Source: Rhizophagus irregularis (lineage: Eukaryota). Taken from it: a stretch of DNA of 64,000 nucleotides. The number at the start of each line of letters is the position of its first letter. Positions within the stretch are counted from its first letter, which is position 1. The DNA lies in the NCBI RefSeq assembly GCF_026210795.1, contig NC_089436.1:1674001-1738000 (forward strand). Direction: 5' to 3'. The position numbers and the translations under genes are program-made. Shown here piece after piece: positions 38,692 through 53,077 of the stretch. The notes beneath the pieces are model-generated. The model worked only from the letters and a program-made list of their open reading frames with translations, was not told the origin of the DNA and searched no databases.

Positions 38692-40034
38692 TATATACAA
38701 AAGAGAAATAAACTAAACTAAAAAAGCAAATGATTATTATTTTAATTATACTAATTGTAGAATTTCAATTAAGAGGTAAGATGGAATTATACTAATCGTA
38801 GAATTCTAATTAAGGAATATATAGTGGATGTATTCTGAAAAAAGAGAATTTGCTGTTATAAACAAATCTCCTACATGTCATAAACAAATCTCTATCTATA
38901 ATTTTAAATAAATTTATGAATTTTTTCATTTTTTTGCAATATTATAAAATAAAAATTTGTCTTGCTTCATTTTGAGTAAAATTAAATTTATTAAAAGATA
39001 TTTTTTCAGAAAGTTTTCAAAGATAAAATATTTCAGTATATATATAATATATATATATAATACATATATAGTATCATTATACAAAATAAAAATGTGACTT
39101 GTGTTAAAGATCATCATCGTTATACAAATAAATATCTGATTTACCAGATATTTTCCAGTTGGCTATACAAAATCAAACATATGAGATATGACTTATCGGA
39201 AAATTACTTAATAAGTCTATACAAAATCGGATCCCAGTATTATATATATTCTTCGGGGTCCTGTACTAATCGTTCTTTATTTTTTCCCTATGGTTGACTT
39301 GCTTGGTAAATGATCTTGAGCATTGAGATAGGTTTATTTATTTTCTTTTGCTTCTTCCTTTCCTTTAAAAATGTTATTACTAAATACTAACATTAATTTT
39401 CTTATAGAAAGATTTTTTTGATTTGGTAGATAGTAAATTTTTTTCTTTTTTTCTTTTCGCCTTCTGTCTTTTTTTCTTTAAGATTGGTACTAACCGTTCT
39501 TTATTTTTTTTCTAGAATTGACTTGCTTGGTGGAATTACCTTAAGCATTGAGGTAGGTTTATTTATTTACTTTTTGTCTTCTTTCCTTTTCTTTTTCTTT
39601 AAAATTGTTATTAACTTCAATTTTTTTTTTAGAAATGTTTCAGCTTTTACTTGATAAGATGGTGGGTGGGTTTACTTTTTTTCATCCTCTTTCTTTTTTT
39701 TAAGAACAGTACTAACCATTCTTTAATTTTTTTTTCTAGGAAAGATTTCTTCTGATTGCACCGTGAAATTGCTTTGATGTAGGCGTCCTTAAAATTTTGT
39801 TGATTCTTTTTTTTAAAAAAAAAAGAAATATTGCTAGCTCTATATACTTGATTTTTTAGTTTCTTGACAAAAAAGAAACGCATGAACAGTTTTTTTTTTA
39901 TTTATCAGAAATAATTTCTTTTGCTTTGATAGTTGGAATTAAGGTAAATGCTTATACTTTTTTATTGATTGTTTACTTCAACTTTTAGATGTAGAATGGT
40001 ACTAATAATTGTCTTTTGTTTTTAGAAATAATTT

Positions 40035-40233
40035 CCCTATAAAAAATTTTTATCTGAATATTTCCATTATTTCTCCGTGTCTTCCGTAAAAATTCCGTGA
40101 AAATGATACATTCACGGATATCCGTGTTAGTGAGATGAAAATTTTTATGATTTAAGCCTATAAATTCCATTAAAATGATACATTCACGGAAAAAATATGG
40201 AAAGATAAAACACAGATCAGATTTTTTACAGGG
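40035..40233. mobile_element. Small MITE with CCCT(A/G)TAAAAAAT TIRs
   Basis: Inverted termini with TTT on both flanks. Confidence 0.65.
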
Positions 40234-42866
40234 TTTATTTGAAGAGACTTGAGATAGTTCATTTAACTTTTGATTAATAAATTTTCGATTAAAAATAAAA
40301 AATATTTTCTATTTTAAATACGTAAGAAAATTTTAAATAATTTTGAAATCACATGGCAATAATCAAATTCAACTATCTGAATTGAGAAACTGATGCGCTA
40401 TCAAAAAATAAGATTATATTTAATAACTAATAGGAAAAATTTTTCAATTTTCATTTTTTTTTCTTTATTTTAATTTTAATCATGGATAATTCACAAGAAC
40501 CAGTAGGAAATTCCAACCCACCAGTTGATAGAAAAAGATCAATTAGAAGACCAAAATCTAGTTGGATCTGAAAATACTTTGACTCAGAAATTTGTGATGA
40601 TTATAAATGGGCAATATGCAAATTAGATAAATTTGGTACAGATATTCCCTGTAAAAAAGAATATAAAACAGACGGCTCTACTAAGAATTGCATTGATTAT
40701 TTGTTAAATAAACATAATTTTTGTAGTGATGGATCAAAAGATGATCAGGTATAATTTTTTTTTATTATTATTATTATTATTATACTCAAAGAGAGTGATA
40801 CTAATTTATTTTAAATTAATTATAATACATAAATATTTATTAAATAATCTTATTATATTTTTTATAGCAAACAATTACTGTTAAAATTATTAATAAACAT
40901 CAGGAAGTCGTCAACTTGAATTACGTCAATATCTGGTAGATTTTATTTTAAATATATCACAACCTTTAAGAGTAGTTGAAAATATGTATTTTCGTCAACT
41001 CATTCAGCAATTGGACTTAACATTTAACATCCCAAATGCTAAGAATACAGTTCACCCTTTCTATAGTGAATTTTTATATAGTGAATAATTTGCTATAATA
41101 AAGAAAAGTTCAGGTACAGTTTTTTTTATAAATAATAACTCTTGGTATAGTGAATTTTTATAATAAATTCTCTATAACTCGTAATTCGAATTTAAATTCT
41201 AGAACCAGTATTAATAAAATGACCCTTGATATAATAAAGATTTTCACTATAACGAATTTTTAAATGTTATACTATTAATTAGTGAATTTTTGATTATATG
41301 AAATTTATTTGAATATTCAATTTGCCTTTAGAAGCTAGAAAAATTTTGTGATTTAAACTAAAAAGGAAAAATATCATATTTATCTTTGATTGATAATAAA
41401 ATAATTCTGATTCAGTTAATTATTTTCTTCACACGTTAACGCTACTATGCTTAAAACTCAAAATATAAAAATTTCGTGTACTCAAATAGCCATAGGCAAA
41501 GGTAAAATATCCCAAGAAAAAACTTTGCCAAAAAGAACTTCCTTATCTCTTCCTCAAAAACATGAAATATGTCTTAAAAAAGTTACTGAACCTTCTATAA
41601 AAAATAAAGAACTAGCAAAATTATTTGATATTAGTGAAGAATGTATTAGTAATACGTCAAAAAATTCACAAAAGTGGCTTGAAATTGATTTTCAAGCATC
41701 TGAAGTTAAAGGAAAAAGACAAGTTAAAGCAATTTTTCCAGAAATTAAAGAAGCACTTACATTATATTATAAGTATTAAAAGTTTTGGAAAATGGTGTTG
41801 ATATTAGTAATCAAGTTTTACATAAAAAAGCCATGATGTTTGCATCTCTATATAAGATCGAAAATTTTAAAGGAAGTAATGGTTGGATTAACAGATTTAA
41901 AAAAAAATGTAATCTTTTTTGTTATTTAAAGCAAGGAGAAGCTGCAAGTGCGCCACTTGAAAAACTTGATGAATTTAGGAAGAAGCTTCAAGATTTGATT
42001 CATGGATATAGTCTTGATGATATTTTCAATTGTGATGAAACTGGTCTTTATTGGAAAATGGAATCTAAAGAACGATTTCTAATAAACCTGTATCTGGACA
42101 AAAACAATTAAAAGATCGGGTGATAATTCTCTTTTGTTCTAATGCAACTAATACAAAAAAGCTTAAACCAGTATTCATTCATAAATACAAAAATTCCCGT
42201 CCCTTAAAAAACTTACCAAAGTTATCCTTACCAGTAGAATATTACTGGAATATAAAAGCTTAGATGCAAGTCTCAATTTGAAATGATTGGATTTGTCAAC
42301 TTGATGCAACAATGAGATTAAAAGGAAGAAAAATTCTCCTTCTTGTAGATAATACTTCCATTTATGCTTTATATGAAGGTGTGGAATTAACTAATATAGA
42401 AATTAAGTCTTTACCTCCTAACACAACCACACACCTACAACCATGTGATAAAGGTATTATCAATAGCTTTAAGGTAAATAACTCTAAAATTTTAATGCAA
42501 TTTTTTATTTATTACAAAGTTGACTTACCATATCAGCTAACTATCAAGATTGGGCCTAATTTTATATAGTAATTTTGATCAATGTTATACCATCACAAAT
42601 AGTAAAAAAAATTTTTTTGTAATCAATTTAAGTAAACGCACCCTGAAAAAAAATAACATATTAAAACACGCGTCAAACTAATGAGCACAACCTAAAACTG
42701 ATGAATTTGAGTAGCGGAAGACTAGTAATTGGCAATTGGCATTTCACGCTTTTAAATGTTACTAATTATTAACTGTAAATAAAGTTAGTTATTGCAAAAT
42801 TACTTTTTATTTTTTAAATAATATTAAAAACATATTTATACTTTTTCAGATTTAATTACTACTAAT

Positions 42867-43535
42867 ATGTCAAACACTAATACAAGTTTTGCTTCACTTA
42901 CAACGTCTTTTACTACATTTACATCAGAATTTATCTGTTCCACTTGTCAAAAAAGATTTAAAAAACAAAGTGGACTTTTACGGCATTTGAATATTGTGAA
43001 AAAATATAATATTCCGTGTAATAACTTGGATAATTTGTCAGAAACAAACAATGAAAAGTTTAGAAGTATTCTTGTTTACTTAATTCACCGCAAACTTCCA
43101 CATGGATTTAAAAAGAGAGGTCACCAATTAGTGTCTCTTGCCTGTACTGAGCATCAGTTTTTTAATATTTTTAAAGGACATATTCATTATCATCATAGTA
43201 ATAGAAACATCTACAAGTGTATTTTTTGAAGATCTGCTGGATATCAAATATTAAGTGAAATCTTGAATAATCCATTATGGGGTCAAAAATTTTATGACAA
43301 TGAACAACAAACTTATGTTGTTTTATTTAGTGATCCACTTCAGCATTTAAAAAATAATCTATTAGCCATTGCAACTCACTGTATTATTGAAGGTGTAAAC
43401 ACTAAAAGGCACAAATCTAAATATAATCCTGGAGAAGTTGTTGTTGAATAGAAAATTAAGGGTGAAAGAGATGCAAAGGAGAATTATTGTGAAGCAGGAT
43501 TTATATATATACGTTTTTGGGTGAAACAAATTTAA
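42867..43535 (+). pseudogene. C2H2 zinc-finger protein, convergent with the RAG1-like gene
   Basis: CSTCQKRFKKQSGLLRHL; in-frame stops. Confidence 0.6.
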
Positions 43536-44461
43536 AATTTTATTGTAATAGAAAAAAAAAAATTATATACATTTATAATAAAGTGTTTTGATATTTTTTT
43601 CTATCTAAATATTAACCAAAGATAAATTTATAAAATGTGAATATTTTGAGGGTTTGGATAGGAAAGTGAGACATTATTTTGAGTATAAAATAGAAGTCGA
43701 TTTTCATGTTCCAAAATTTCGCAGATTGCTGATGTTTTATTTTGAAATTTTCCACCATTCTTGAGAGTTTTCTTAAAAAAATAATAAACATGATTGTGAT
43801 TCTTTTTTTCGACAGCACTGCATGAAAATGCATTTATTAATCCTCACCTTTTATGGATAAACATAAATTCCCAAACATGTGATACCAAAACATGAATATA
43901 AGAGATTATATCTGATGATTAATAAAGTTCTTGTTCTAAAATATTATTAGTTTCAGGATCTATCACAGTTTTTTTCAAAAATAATTCGTACCATACTTTT
44001 CTTTTAAACGAAAATATTGTAGATCTGTTTTTATTTCTCCTAAATGATCATAATATATAATTCAGCAAATCCATTCCACAAATTTTTAATTAATGTAGCA
44101 CGTTCTGGATCAAAAAGTTTTGCCAAATTAAAGTTCTGAAGAACACGAAGCTTATCATCTTCCATTAAAGAGATGTAATCCCAACTCTCAGTACCATGAA
44201 TTTTCCAAAACTCAAATCAAATTTTTAATTTTTCCATCTCTTTGATTATAATATTCTGAGATATATCATTAAATAATCCTTCATTTTTGATTTCTTGTAA
44301 AACTAATTCTCACAAGTGGTCAGTTATACATAACATTATGTGAAGCTTATCAGAAACATGATTTTTAAGCAAAATCATATTGAAAAGTGGTGGTAATTTA
44401 TGACCTGGGTATGCTATTGAATTTTCATTTAAAATATTTATTGATTTACTAATCACCCAAT

Positions 44462-44830
44462 TAGAGATCCTGGGCGAAACCAAAATATTTAGTCATTTGA
44501 CTAAACCGAAATAGTTTAGACATTTAAAATTAAAAGACGAAATGCCGAAATTCAATATTCCATAGTATTTCCATGGATTTTTTATGGATTTCCATGGATT
44601 TTTAATTATAATAATTACTTATAAAAAAAAATAATAAATTTATATTAAAATATAATATTTTTTAAAGAAATTTATAAAACTATTTTATGTATAATATAAT
44701 TTAATATATTTTTATAATAAAATTATAATTTTATATAAATAAAATTTAAACTTAAAAAATATTACTATATAGTTTAGTCAATGACGAAACCGAAACTAGT
44801 TGGCAAAAAGAGTTTAGCCAGGTATCACTA
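44462..44830. mobile_element. hAT-type MITE
   Basis: TIR TAG(A/T)GAT..CCTGG; 8-bp TSD CACCCAAT. Confidence 0.9.
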
Positions 44831-45529
44831 CACCCAATCAACTTGCCCATTTTCACGTTGGTTTTTAGTTATCTCGCATCATGGATAGAAATAATTGGAG
44901 TTTGCAGTATTAAAATCCAAACAGGTAGCGAGAATCTTCCAATCTGAGCTAAAAAAAAGCTCAAAATTCCAAAAAATATTGTTGATAATCATTTCATTAT
45001 TACTTAATTTTTGCAATTCTTGAATTAAGGCATTTACTGCAACTTTTAAAGTTGGATAATTTTCTGTTCCTGAAAATAAAACGGTTGTATAATGATAATC
45101 AGACTTGAAAAGATTCATTGAATCATCCAATAGTGCTACGGTAATCATCACGTAGCCACTTTTCGGTTCGCGTTCTACATCACCAGATATTTGAAGATGA
45201 ATAGTTGGTATTGCAGGATCTAATACTTTTTTTTTAATATATGATGGTATTATATACTCAAAAATTTTTTTGACACTTCGGTAAGCACCCTTTCCTGTTG
45301 CACTAACAACTTGTTCAATAATTAATGGATCAGTTATATCAGGCTCTTCCAAAGGTTCTTCTTGTATAATAGTAGAATTTAAATCAATAAAATTAATGGG
45401 TATTAATTCTCCCATACATGCATTAATCTCTTGACGGGTTTGAGAAATAGCATATTCTCGTGGTAATGTTGATTCTACAGCTGCAAGATGATGATATGCA
45501 TTACGAGGTATATTTTCTATATCTTGTAC

Positions 45530-45684
45530 TATACTTTTCGTCAAAATGACAAAATACTAATTAAATTTATTTTGACATACGTAATGTATTTTGACAGATG
45601 TAATTAATTTATAGTAATTTTATAATAAATAGTGAATTGGTCCGTTCACCGAAATATGACGTAATTAATTAGCAAAGAAGTATA
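45530..45684. mobile_element. hAT-type MITE, 155 bp
   Basis: TATACTT termini; 8-bp TSD TCTTGTAC. Confidence 0.85.
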
Positions 45685-48600
45685 TCTTGTACATATGCCA
45701 TTGATTGTAATTTTTGTTTTTTTTTAACACTATCATCATCTTCAAATGTTATATTATATTCTTTATTTTCTATAGTAAAATTTAAAGTTCTTAAAACTAC
45801 ACGATCTTTAGGATTGTAAAAGTCTTTAATTAAATTTTCAAAGTGTATTTGTTCTTTTTTCGCAAGACCTTTTGCACGTTTAATTTGTGTAGTTTTGCTT
45901 AATTCTTCATATAGTTTCAATTCACGTGGTCTACCTTTGCGATTTCTATCAATGCATTTTAATTGAAGTCCAAAGAGATAAACTCTGGAAACAGCAGTCT
46001 TCTTATCTGATGTTATAATCTGATAAAATATGTATAAATTAAAATACATTCTTTTATGATTTTTTTTTAAAATAATAAATGTATAAAAACTTACTTTGTG
46101 CAGTTCAACAGAAGCATCAAATGGTGATTGAGCTGAAACAACTTGATATTGTAAATTATCTCCAAAACAAATTAGGTAATGAGGTTTTTCTTCTGCGTAA
46201 TAAATAGAACATTGAATAGTACGACTTCTACTAAGGTAGTTTTAATAATATAATTATCAGATATAGGAAAATAATTAGGTGCTTCAATATGATTTACAGT
46301 TGGTGAGTAGGTACCTTCTTGAATAACAACATAAGTAAATTTTCGGTCATCATAGTATATTATTTCAGATGAAATAGGGTAATTTTCTTTTTCAAAAGAT
46401 TTTTGCTGCTTAGAATTTGACATTGAAAGTAACAGTTTTTCAGTTTTACGCGTTAAAAAATAGCAGCATATAAAAAAATTGTACAACAGATCTATAAAAA
46501 TGCAATAAGTATAAAAATTTCTGGTTATTAAAAATTCAATATGAGTCTTAACACCATATTTCTTTACCACTTAACTTTCGTAACAATAACAGAAAAATTT
46601 ACAACGTATATATAAAAATTTTTTGGCGTCATTAGTGCATGATTAGTATTATCACATAATGTCAGGTGATTTGACTATCATTATGATTGGTCCATAAAAT
46701 TTGGGGTTATCTCAAAAAAATTAGGGTTAGGGTATAGATTAGCGCATATGCTGTATTTGTATATTTGTAGGCATACTATTGAAAATTGCTCCTTTAAAAT
46801 CGTATCAAAGCCTTTGAAAAAACAGGTAATAGTAAGTTACTAATTAATATCAAAAAAACTATTAAATATATGGTATCAGCTTGGAATAAAGTTCTTTTCA
46901 AAACTATATTTAACTGCTAGAAAGATGCAGGAATTTTGCCATTAGATGATACAGATTCTCAAGATGAAATAGAAGAGAATAAACATGAAGAGACAGAAGA
47001 GAATGAACGTAGAGAAATTCAAGATTTAATTGATAAACTTGAATATACATACCTTCTTACTGCTGAAGAATATATTAGAATAGATCAAGAAAATGAAATT
47101 GATGGTAAGATATCAACTGAAGAGCAGATTGTTGCCATTCTTAAAAAAAATAATTCCATTTCTGACGATGAAAGTGATAGTGAAATTACTTTAGTATTTA
47201 GCTCTGAAGTTTTAGCCGCATTTGATAAAATATTTATCTATTTAAAACAAAATAATAGTTAAGATATTATTGATAAAAGTGCGCTTAAAGCTATAAAAAA
47301 AGCTAGGAAGGAGGTTTATAGAAATAATTTTTTTTAAAAAAAGCAAACGAGTTTAGACCTGTTCGTTAAATCTAACAACAGTGTTGACAGTATTGGTAAT
47401 AATAATATAAGAGAAGGTGTTAAAGATAATATTATGGATGTTGATAATATTAATTTTGAAACTTTATATTTTAATGAAAGGGACTTTTATAATCATGAAG
47501 AAGAATATGAAGGTTTTACTATCGAGTACCAGATTGATCAGAATTGTCTTTATAAATGATTGTATTACAGATTTATAATAATTGCATTTATCATACTTAA
47601 TAAAGTAATAATCCTTGAATGTCACAAATATAAAAAGTATTTATGCGTAAATTTATTAAAAAAAAATAAAGAAAATTTATTTTATTGCATGTGTTTTTTT
47701 AAAATATAAATTATTGCTTAGTCGAGTCGTAATTATCGTCATCATGTGATTAGAAGACTTTTGATATAGCAAAAATCTTATCTTTATTATTCGCTATACG
47801 TGATTAGTGAATTTTCTTACTATAGTGAATCTCAATTTTCAGCCTAAGAGGTTCATTATAGTGAAAGTGAACTGTATTAAAGCTATCATACATCGTGTTT
47901 ATAACTATATCTTTGAAGCTATAGTTAAATTATTACAATCAATTATTTCTGTCTATCTAACTCTGGATTTATGGACTGCAAGAAGCAACTATGGATATCT
48001 TGATATCACATGCTCTTTTCTAAATCAAGAGTATAAACTTAAAAAATTACTCTTACTGTTTCTCATCTCAGGTATCCACATACTTCTGAAAATATCAAGG
48101 ATGCTATTAATGAAGTTCTTGAAAAATGGAATTTACAGACCAAGGTATTCTTAATTACTACTGATAATGGAAGTAATGTTAAAAATTGTGTAAAAGAAAA
48201 ATTGGAAGAAATAGAATGGCATTCATGTGCTGTACACACCTTGCAGCTCGTTGTTGGAAACTGGAAAGGGATTAATGCCAGTTAAAAAATTACTAGTTAT
48301 AGTAATTTTAAGAGTAAAACGATTAATTAATTTTTTTTCAAAATCTAAGCAAGCTGAAAGATTAGAGGATGTCCAAAGAGATATAAATGAAAATATAAAT
48401 AATAAATTTTTATTGTATTAAGTTAATAATATAAATAAATCCTAAATTTAATTATTTTTTTATTATATAATAAAAATTCAAAAAAACTGATAAATATTTA
48501 CGTACTATTCAAAATTGTGAAACTCGTTGAAATAGTTTATATTTTGCTTGGAAAAGATTATTAGCCCTTCAAAATGCAATAAATATTCTTAATATACGAC

Positions 48601-49554
48601 TAGAGTAAAAAACAGATAAAAATTAAATTAAAGATTCCAAACAACTAAAGAAAATTTTGATTACTACTGAAGAGTGGGATTTGCTAGGAAGTTTAGTTGA
48701 TGTGTTAGAGCAACTTGCAGAAGCCACTGATTATTTAGGAAGCAGCACTTATTGTACATATAGTATTATTAATTTTTTTATTGAACAAATTAAAGCTGAT
48801 TTAATAAAAACCTTCTCTTCTGATTCTTTACAATCTTTGCCACAATCATCTTTTGTCATACTATCCTACACAAATTATTAATCAAGAAATAAATGATGAT
48901 GACGTATTTGCTAATGAAGATTTAGAAATTCAAAATGATTTAAATCTATCTGTAAATCAAACAGATAATTTGCTAAATTTAGTCAAGACAAGACTTCATA
49001 AAAATTTATGTAAATATTGGAATTTTCAAGATTCTAATACTCTTTTAGCTTCTTTATTAAATTCACGTACAAAGAATCTTAATAATATACCTGCTCAAGT
49101 TCAAACAGAAACAATAGCATTATTGTATGATAAACTTAAAGAATTAAAATTAAATCATGAATCAATTTCTTCTAATTCTACATTATCATCATTATCATCA
49201 TCAAATAAATATAAAAATTCAATTTTAAAAATTTAAATCAAGGCCAAAGACTCTGGATAATGAAATTTTAGAATATTTAAAAATAGATGAAATTGATTGG
49301 AAGGATAATTCCTTTATTTAGTGGAGATAGGAAAAAAACACTTTCATTATCTAAGTATTTTAGCACGTAAGTATTTGCCAATACCTGTTGCATTTACAGC
49401 TTCAGAGTGAATGTTTTCAGATGCAGGGAATTTGATGAGACCAAAAAAACTAGAATGAATCCTGAGTTGTTTAATAGATTTATTTTTTAAAGCGTAACTC
49501 TAAGATGTTACCTTCAATTTATCCACCTGTTTCTAATTCTGCTAATGTTTAAAT

Positions 49555-49731
49555 TATACATGCTGCCCAAATTATTTTGGGATGCCATAATTATAATTTG
49601 GGATGCCATAATTCATTCGGTTTATATATAATTTACTATGTAAAGTGCTAAAATAATTTGGGATGCCATAATTAAATTTGGGATTTTACTTATAATTACG
49701 GCAGTCCAAAATAATTTGGGTGGCATGTATA
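49555..49731. mobile_element. hAT-type MITE
   Basis: TIR TATACATGC..CCCAAATTATTTTGG; 8-bp TSD GTTTAAAT. Confidence 0.9.
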
Positions 49732-50505
49732 GTTTAAATAATAGTATTACATTTTCTTATTAATTTCAAACATTTGTACTTTATTACTTTATAAATAAAT
49801 AAATACTATTATAATCACTAATTTGCTACATTTAACTAAAAATAAGAAAATTAATTTTTATTAAATATAATGATCAATTATTGATTAAAAAATGATACCA
49901 TTTCTATAGCAAAGCTGTTCTGGAAGGTCAAAGCTGAAATCTACAAAAAAGAACAAAAAAGAACGTTAATAAGTGTTTTTAAATAAAAATAAATTCCCCT
50001 CCATTGAAATTACCATTTTGGAAGGTTAAAGCTGAAATCTACGAGAAAAACCAAAAAAAAAATGTTAATAAACGTTGTTAAAATAAAATAATAAAGAAAC
50101 CTTCTATTGAAATTACCTCCAAGGCTGTTCCCAGAAGGTTCAAAGTTGAAATCTACAAGAAAAAAAAGGCTTTAATAAACGTACTTAAAAAAAAAGTCTT
50201 CCTATTTTTTATGTAATTATCTGTTTAAACCTTTCAAAAGTTCTGAAACTTTAAATTATTTGTAAACCAGAGCTGAAAGGAGGACTGAAAAGATAAGTTC
50301 TGTGAAAAAAACGTATTTAATAAAAAAAATAAAAAAAAAGGGGTCAATCCGATATATTCAGATGCATCTGAATCAATCCAATACATTTGGATGCATCCAG
50401 CGAATATCTGGATAAGTAAAGGATGGATCTGCAGATCTATTTCGGATATCCAGATCATTTTAAATCAGATTGATAGATCACAAATTCATTTGGATCGTAA
50501 TACTA

Positions 50506-50880
<375 letters not shown>

Positions 50881-50983
50881 TCGAGAAAGCTCACATGATT
50901 TTGAGTGAACTTGGTTTGCTAAAATTTCACTAAAAAATTTTACTTTGCTTGATATAATATTAATAATACTTAGTCTCGATAAT

Positions 50984-51730
50984 ATGAAAGTTGAAAAGCT
51001 TGATCTGGTAGAAAAAATCATTCTCCATGTTGATAAGATTAAAGATGCAAAAAAGTTTAACGATCCCTTAATGGTCCTTTACATTACTAATCAGTGGTCG
51101 TACCAATTCAGGAAAAACTAATAAAATCGTGAACCTATTATTAGGAAATAAGTTTTATTGCATGTTTAATAGTAAAAAGGGAGAAACATGCTATATAAAA
51201 AATGATGATTTGGTCCTTATCGGTTACTATCTTAAAGAGCTAAAATATTTATATCTAAAATCAGCATATCAGATAATTGCAAATAGCCCAAAATCATATC
51301 ATGAAAATATTACATTTTGGGTTCTGAAGCCTGATAAAATTCCAAATCCTGATTCCTTTTCTCCAGAGAGAGGTACAGTGGCCATATTCGAAGATGTGGA
51401 TGCTGATTCAAAAAAAGTTCAGGAGAAAATTAAACCTTATTTCTCTAAAGAACAATACAGTAATATTAGCAGTATTTACGTCTTTCAAAGTTTTTTTGAC
51501 TGCCCAAAACTGATAAGAAAAAACTTAAACTATTTTGTACTTTTCAATTGATCCACTTCAGATAAATTAGCTTATATTCTTCACCTATATACTAATGACT
51601 GGCGTAACATATATGCAGATGTTAAAAACTATTTATGTGAACAGAATTTCGTTGTCTTCGATTTGACAGTACCCCAAACCATCCCTACCGAATACAAAAA
51701 GGATGGGATATATCATTTCTTAGTGAATAG
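50984..51730 (+). pseudogene. A32/FtsK-like DNA packaging ATPase (Polinton/PLV/NCLDV type), frameshifted
   Basis: [12 protein letters not shown] (Walker A, 51088-51120), VAIFED (Walker B), and [35 protein letters not shown] matching the A32 'GRH.NIS..Q..PK.IR.N' block. Confidence 0.8.
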
Positions 51731-52833
51731 AATTTTCCTCAAAACTATTGAGTAAGACAAAATGTATATTTTTTTCAGGTTTTTAGGTCATATTCAGATT
51801 TATTACGTCTTTTCACCCATAATTTATTTTCATAAATATTAGAATATATTTCTAATTCTATAGTCACATTACTATGCTTCATTTTGGAAAGGATCTGATC
51901 AATAAGAGCAACAATTTTTCTATCCTTAGTAGAAATAATATTCTTCAGATGCCAAATTCTTTAACAAGTCAATAGACTTTTCAGTTGATGCAATAACTTA
52001 TTTTATATTAGGAATTATACTTTGAAAAAAGCTACCGAATCTGATAATTGGGTGATTTTTCTACCACTTTCCTTTAAAGACCTGGTCATGGCTACCTCAC
52101 GAGACTTATATTGCTCTTACAAATCGAGAAGCTCTTCAATCTTTTTTTCCAATATCTGCTTTGATATACACAATTTCTTATTTTTTTATCTTAACAAAGT
52201 TTTACAGTCACTAATAATAGTAGGCTTCATCTTCTGATGCTCTTTTTGCTTAATATAATTTTTAACTGCCTTATTTAACAAATCTTCCACTTCAGAATGG
52301 ATACTACTTACCTGTTCTAGCGATAATAGATGTTTTCAAAGAATTCATATTTACGAATCTTTAGAATTTTTATACTTCAGAAGCCTATCCAAATGGCTGA
52401 ACTTAAAAAAAGTAAAAAATGAACAGTTACTAACCATTCATATTAAATTAAAAAATAAAAATAAATAAACCAAGTTTCATAATTACAAAACTTGGTTTTT
52501 CCATTCTTCAAAAGACACCCAAACAGAGCGGCTAAATCTAAAAAAAAAAGTAAAAAAGAACAGTTAATAACCATTCATATTAAAAATATAAAAAAAAACT
52601 TTAAAGAATTTGTATTTATAAATCTTTGAGGTTTCTATATTTCAGAAGTCCACCTGAACGGCTGAATCTAAAAAAAAGTAAAAAAAAAAACAGTTAGTAA
52701 CTGTTCATATTAAATTAAAAAATAAAATAAACCAAGTTTCATATTTACGAAACTTGGTTTTTTCATACTTCAAAAGCCCACCCAAACAGCTAATCTAAAA
52801 AAAAGTAAAAAAAGAATAGTTAGTAACCATTCA

Positions 52834-53077
52834 TAAGGTTGCTTGTCTAAACCTCTTCAAAATCCTACGATTAGTTTCGTCAAAATTTTACTATAGATTT
52901 ATTATAGTTTCGGCAGAATTTCAGCAGTTTCGGCATTTATAATAAGTTTTGGCAGTTTCGCCTTTCTCCAAAGTTTCGCCAGTTTTTTAATATAACTTTA
53001 ATATAGTTTCAGCATAATTTCGCTTTTTGGCGAAACGCCATCTTGCCTAAACCCCTAGATTTCGGCAAGCAACTTTA
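52834..53077. mobile_element. hAT-type MITE
   Basis: TIR TAA(G/A)GTTGCTTG; TSD ACCATTCA/ACCGTTCA. Confidence 0.85.

Larger units (their letters stand above)
23828..39262 (-). mobile_element. P-element-like DNA transposon with nested insertions
   Basis: TIR AGGACCCCGAAGAATA at both ends. 8-bp TSD GTACTAAT at 23820-23827 and 39263-39270. Confidence 0.85.
43590..46423 (-). pseudogene. RAG1-core/Transib/Chapaev-like DDE transposase, decayed
   Basis: LQISGD, SSDWKILA..ANSNYFYP*CE, DKLHIML, YIHVLVSHVWEF, AFSCSAVEKKNH. Confidence 0.75.
42510..46755. mobile_element. RAG1/Transib/Chapaev-like transposon inside the pogo intron; ends approximate
   Basis: Lies between the pogo GT donor (~42474) and AG acceptor (~46770); weak TIR CATATNNGCTAA. 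Confidence 0.6.
41447..47340 (+). pseudogene. pogo/CENP-B-like DDE transposase, decayed
   Basis: FKGSNGWINRFKK, DIFNCDETGLYWK, LLLVDN, LPPNTTTHLQPCDKGII. Confidence 0.9.
41048..47874 (+). mobile_element. pogo/Tigger transposon
   Basis: CAGTTCAC..GTGAACTG TIRs with TA TSD; splits the hAT ORF. Confidence 0.9.
40482..49547 (+). pseudogene. hAT transposase (BED finger, DDE, hATC dimerization domain), interrupted by a pogo
   Basis: BED: KYFD..AICK..CKKEYK..STKN..H. Also LTLDLWT, ITTDNGSN, CAVHTLQL and LARKYL..TASE.MFSDAG. Probable right end ..GTAATACTA at ~50505. Confidence 0.85.

Noticed and set aside
46721..46732. TTAGGGTTAGGG as a telomere
   Set aside because: Only two units, internal, and inside a transposon end.
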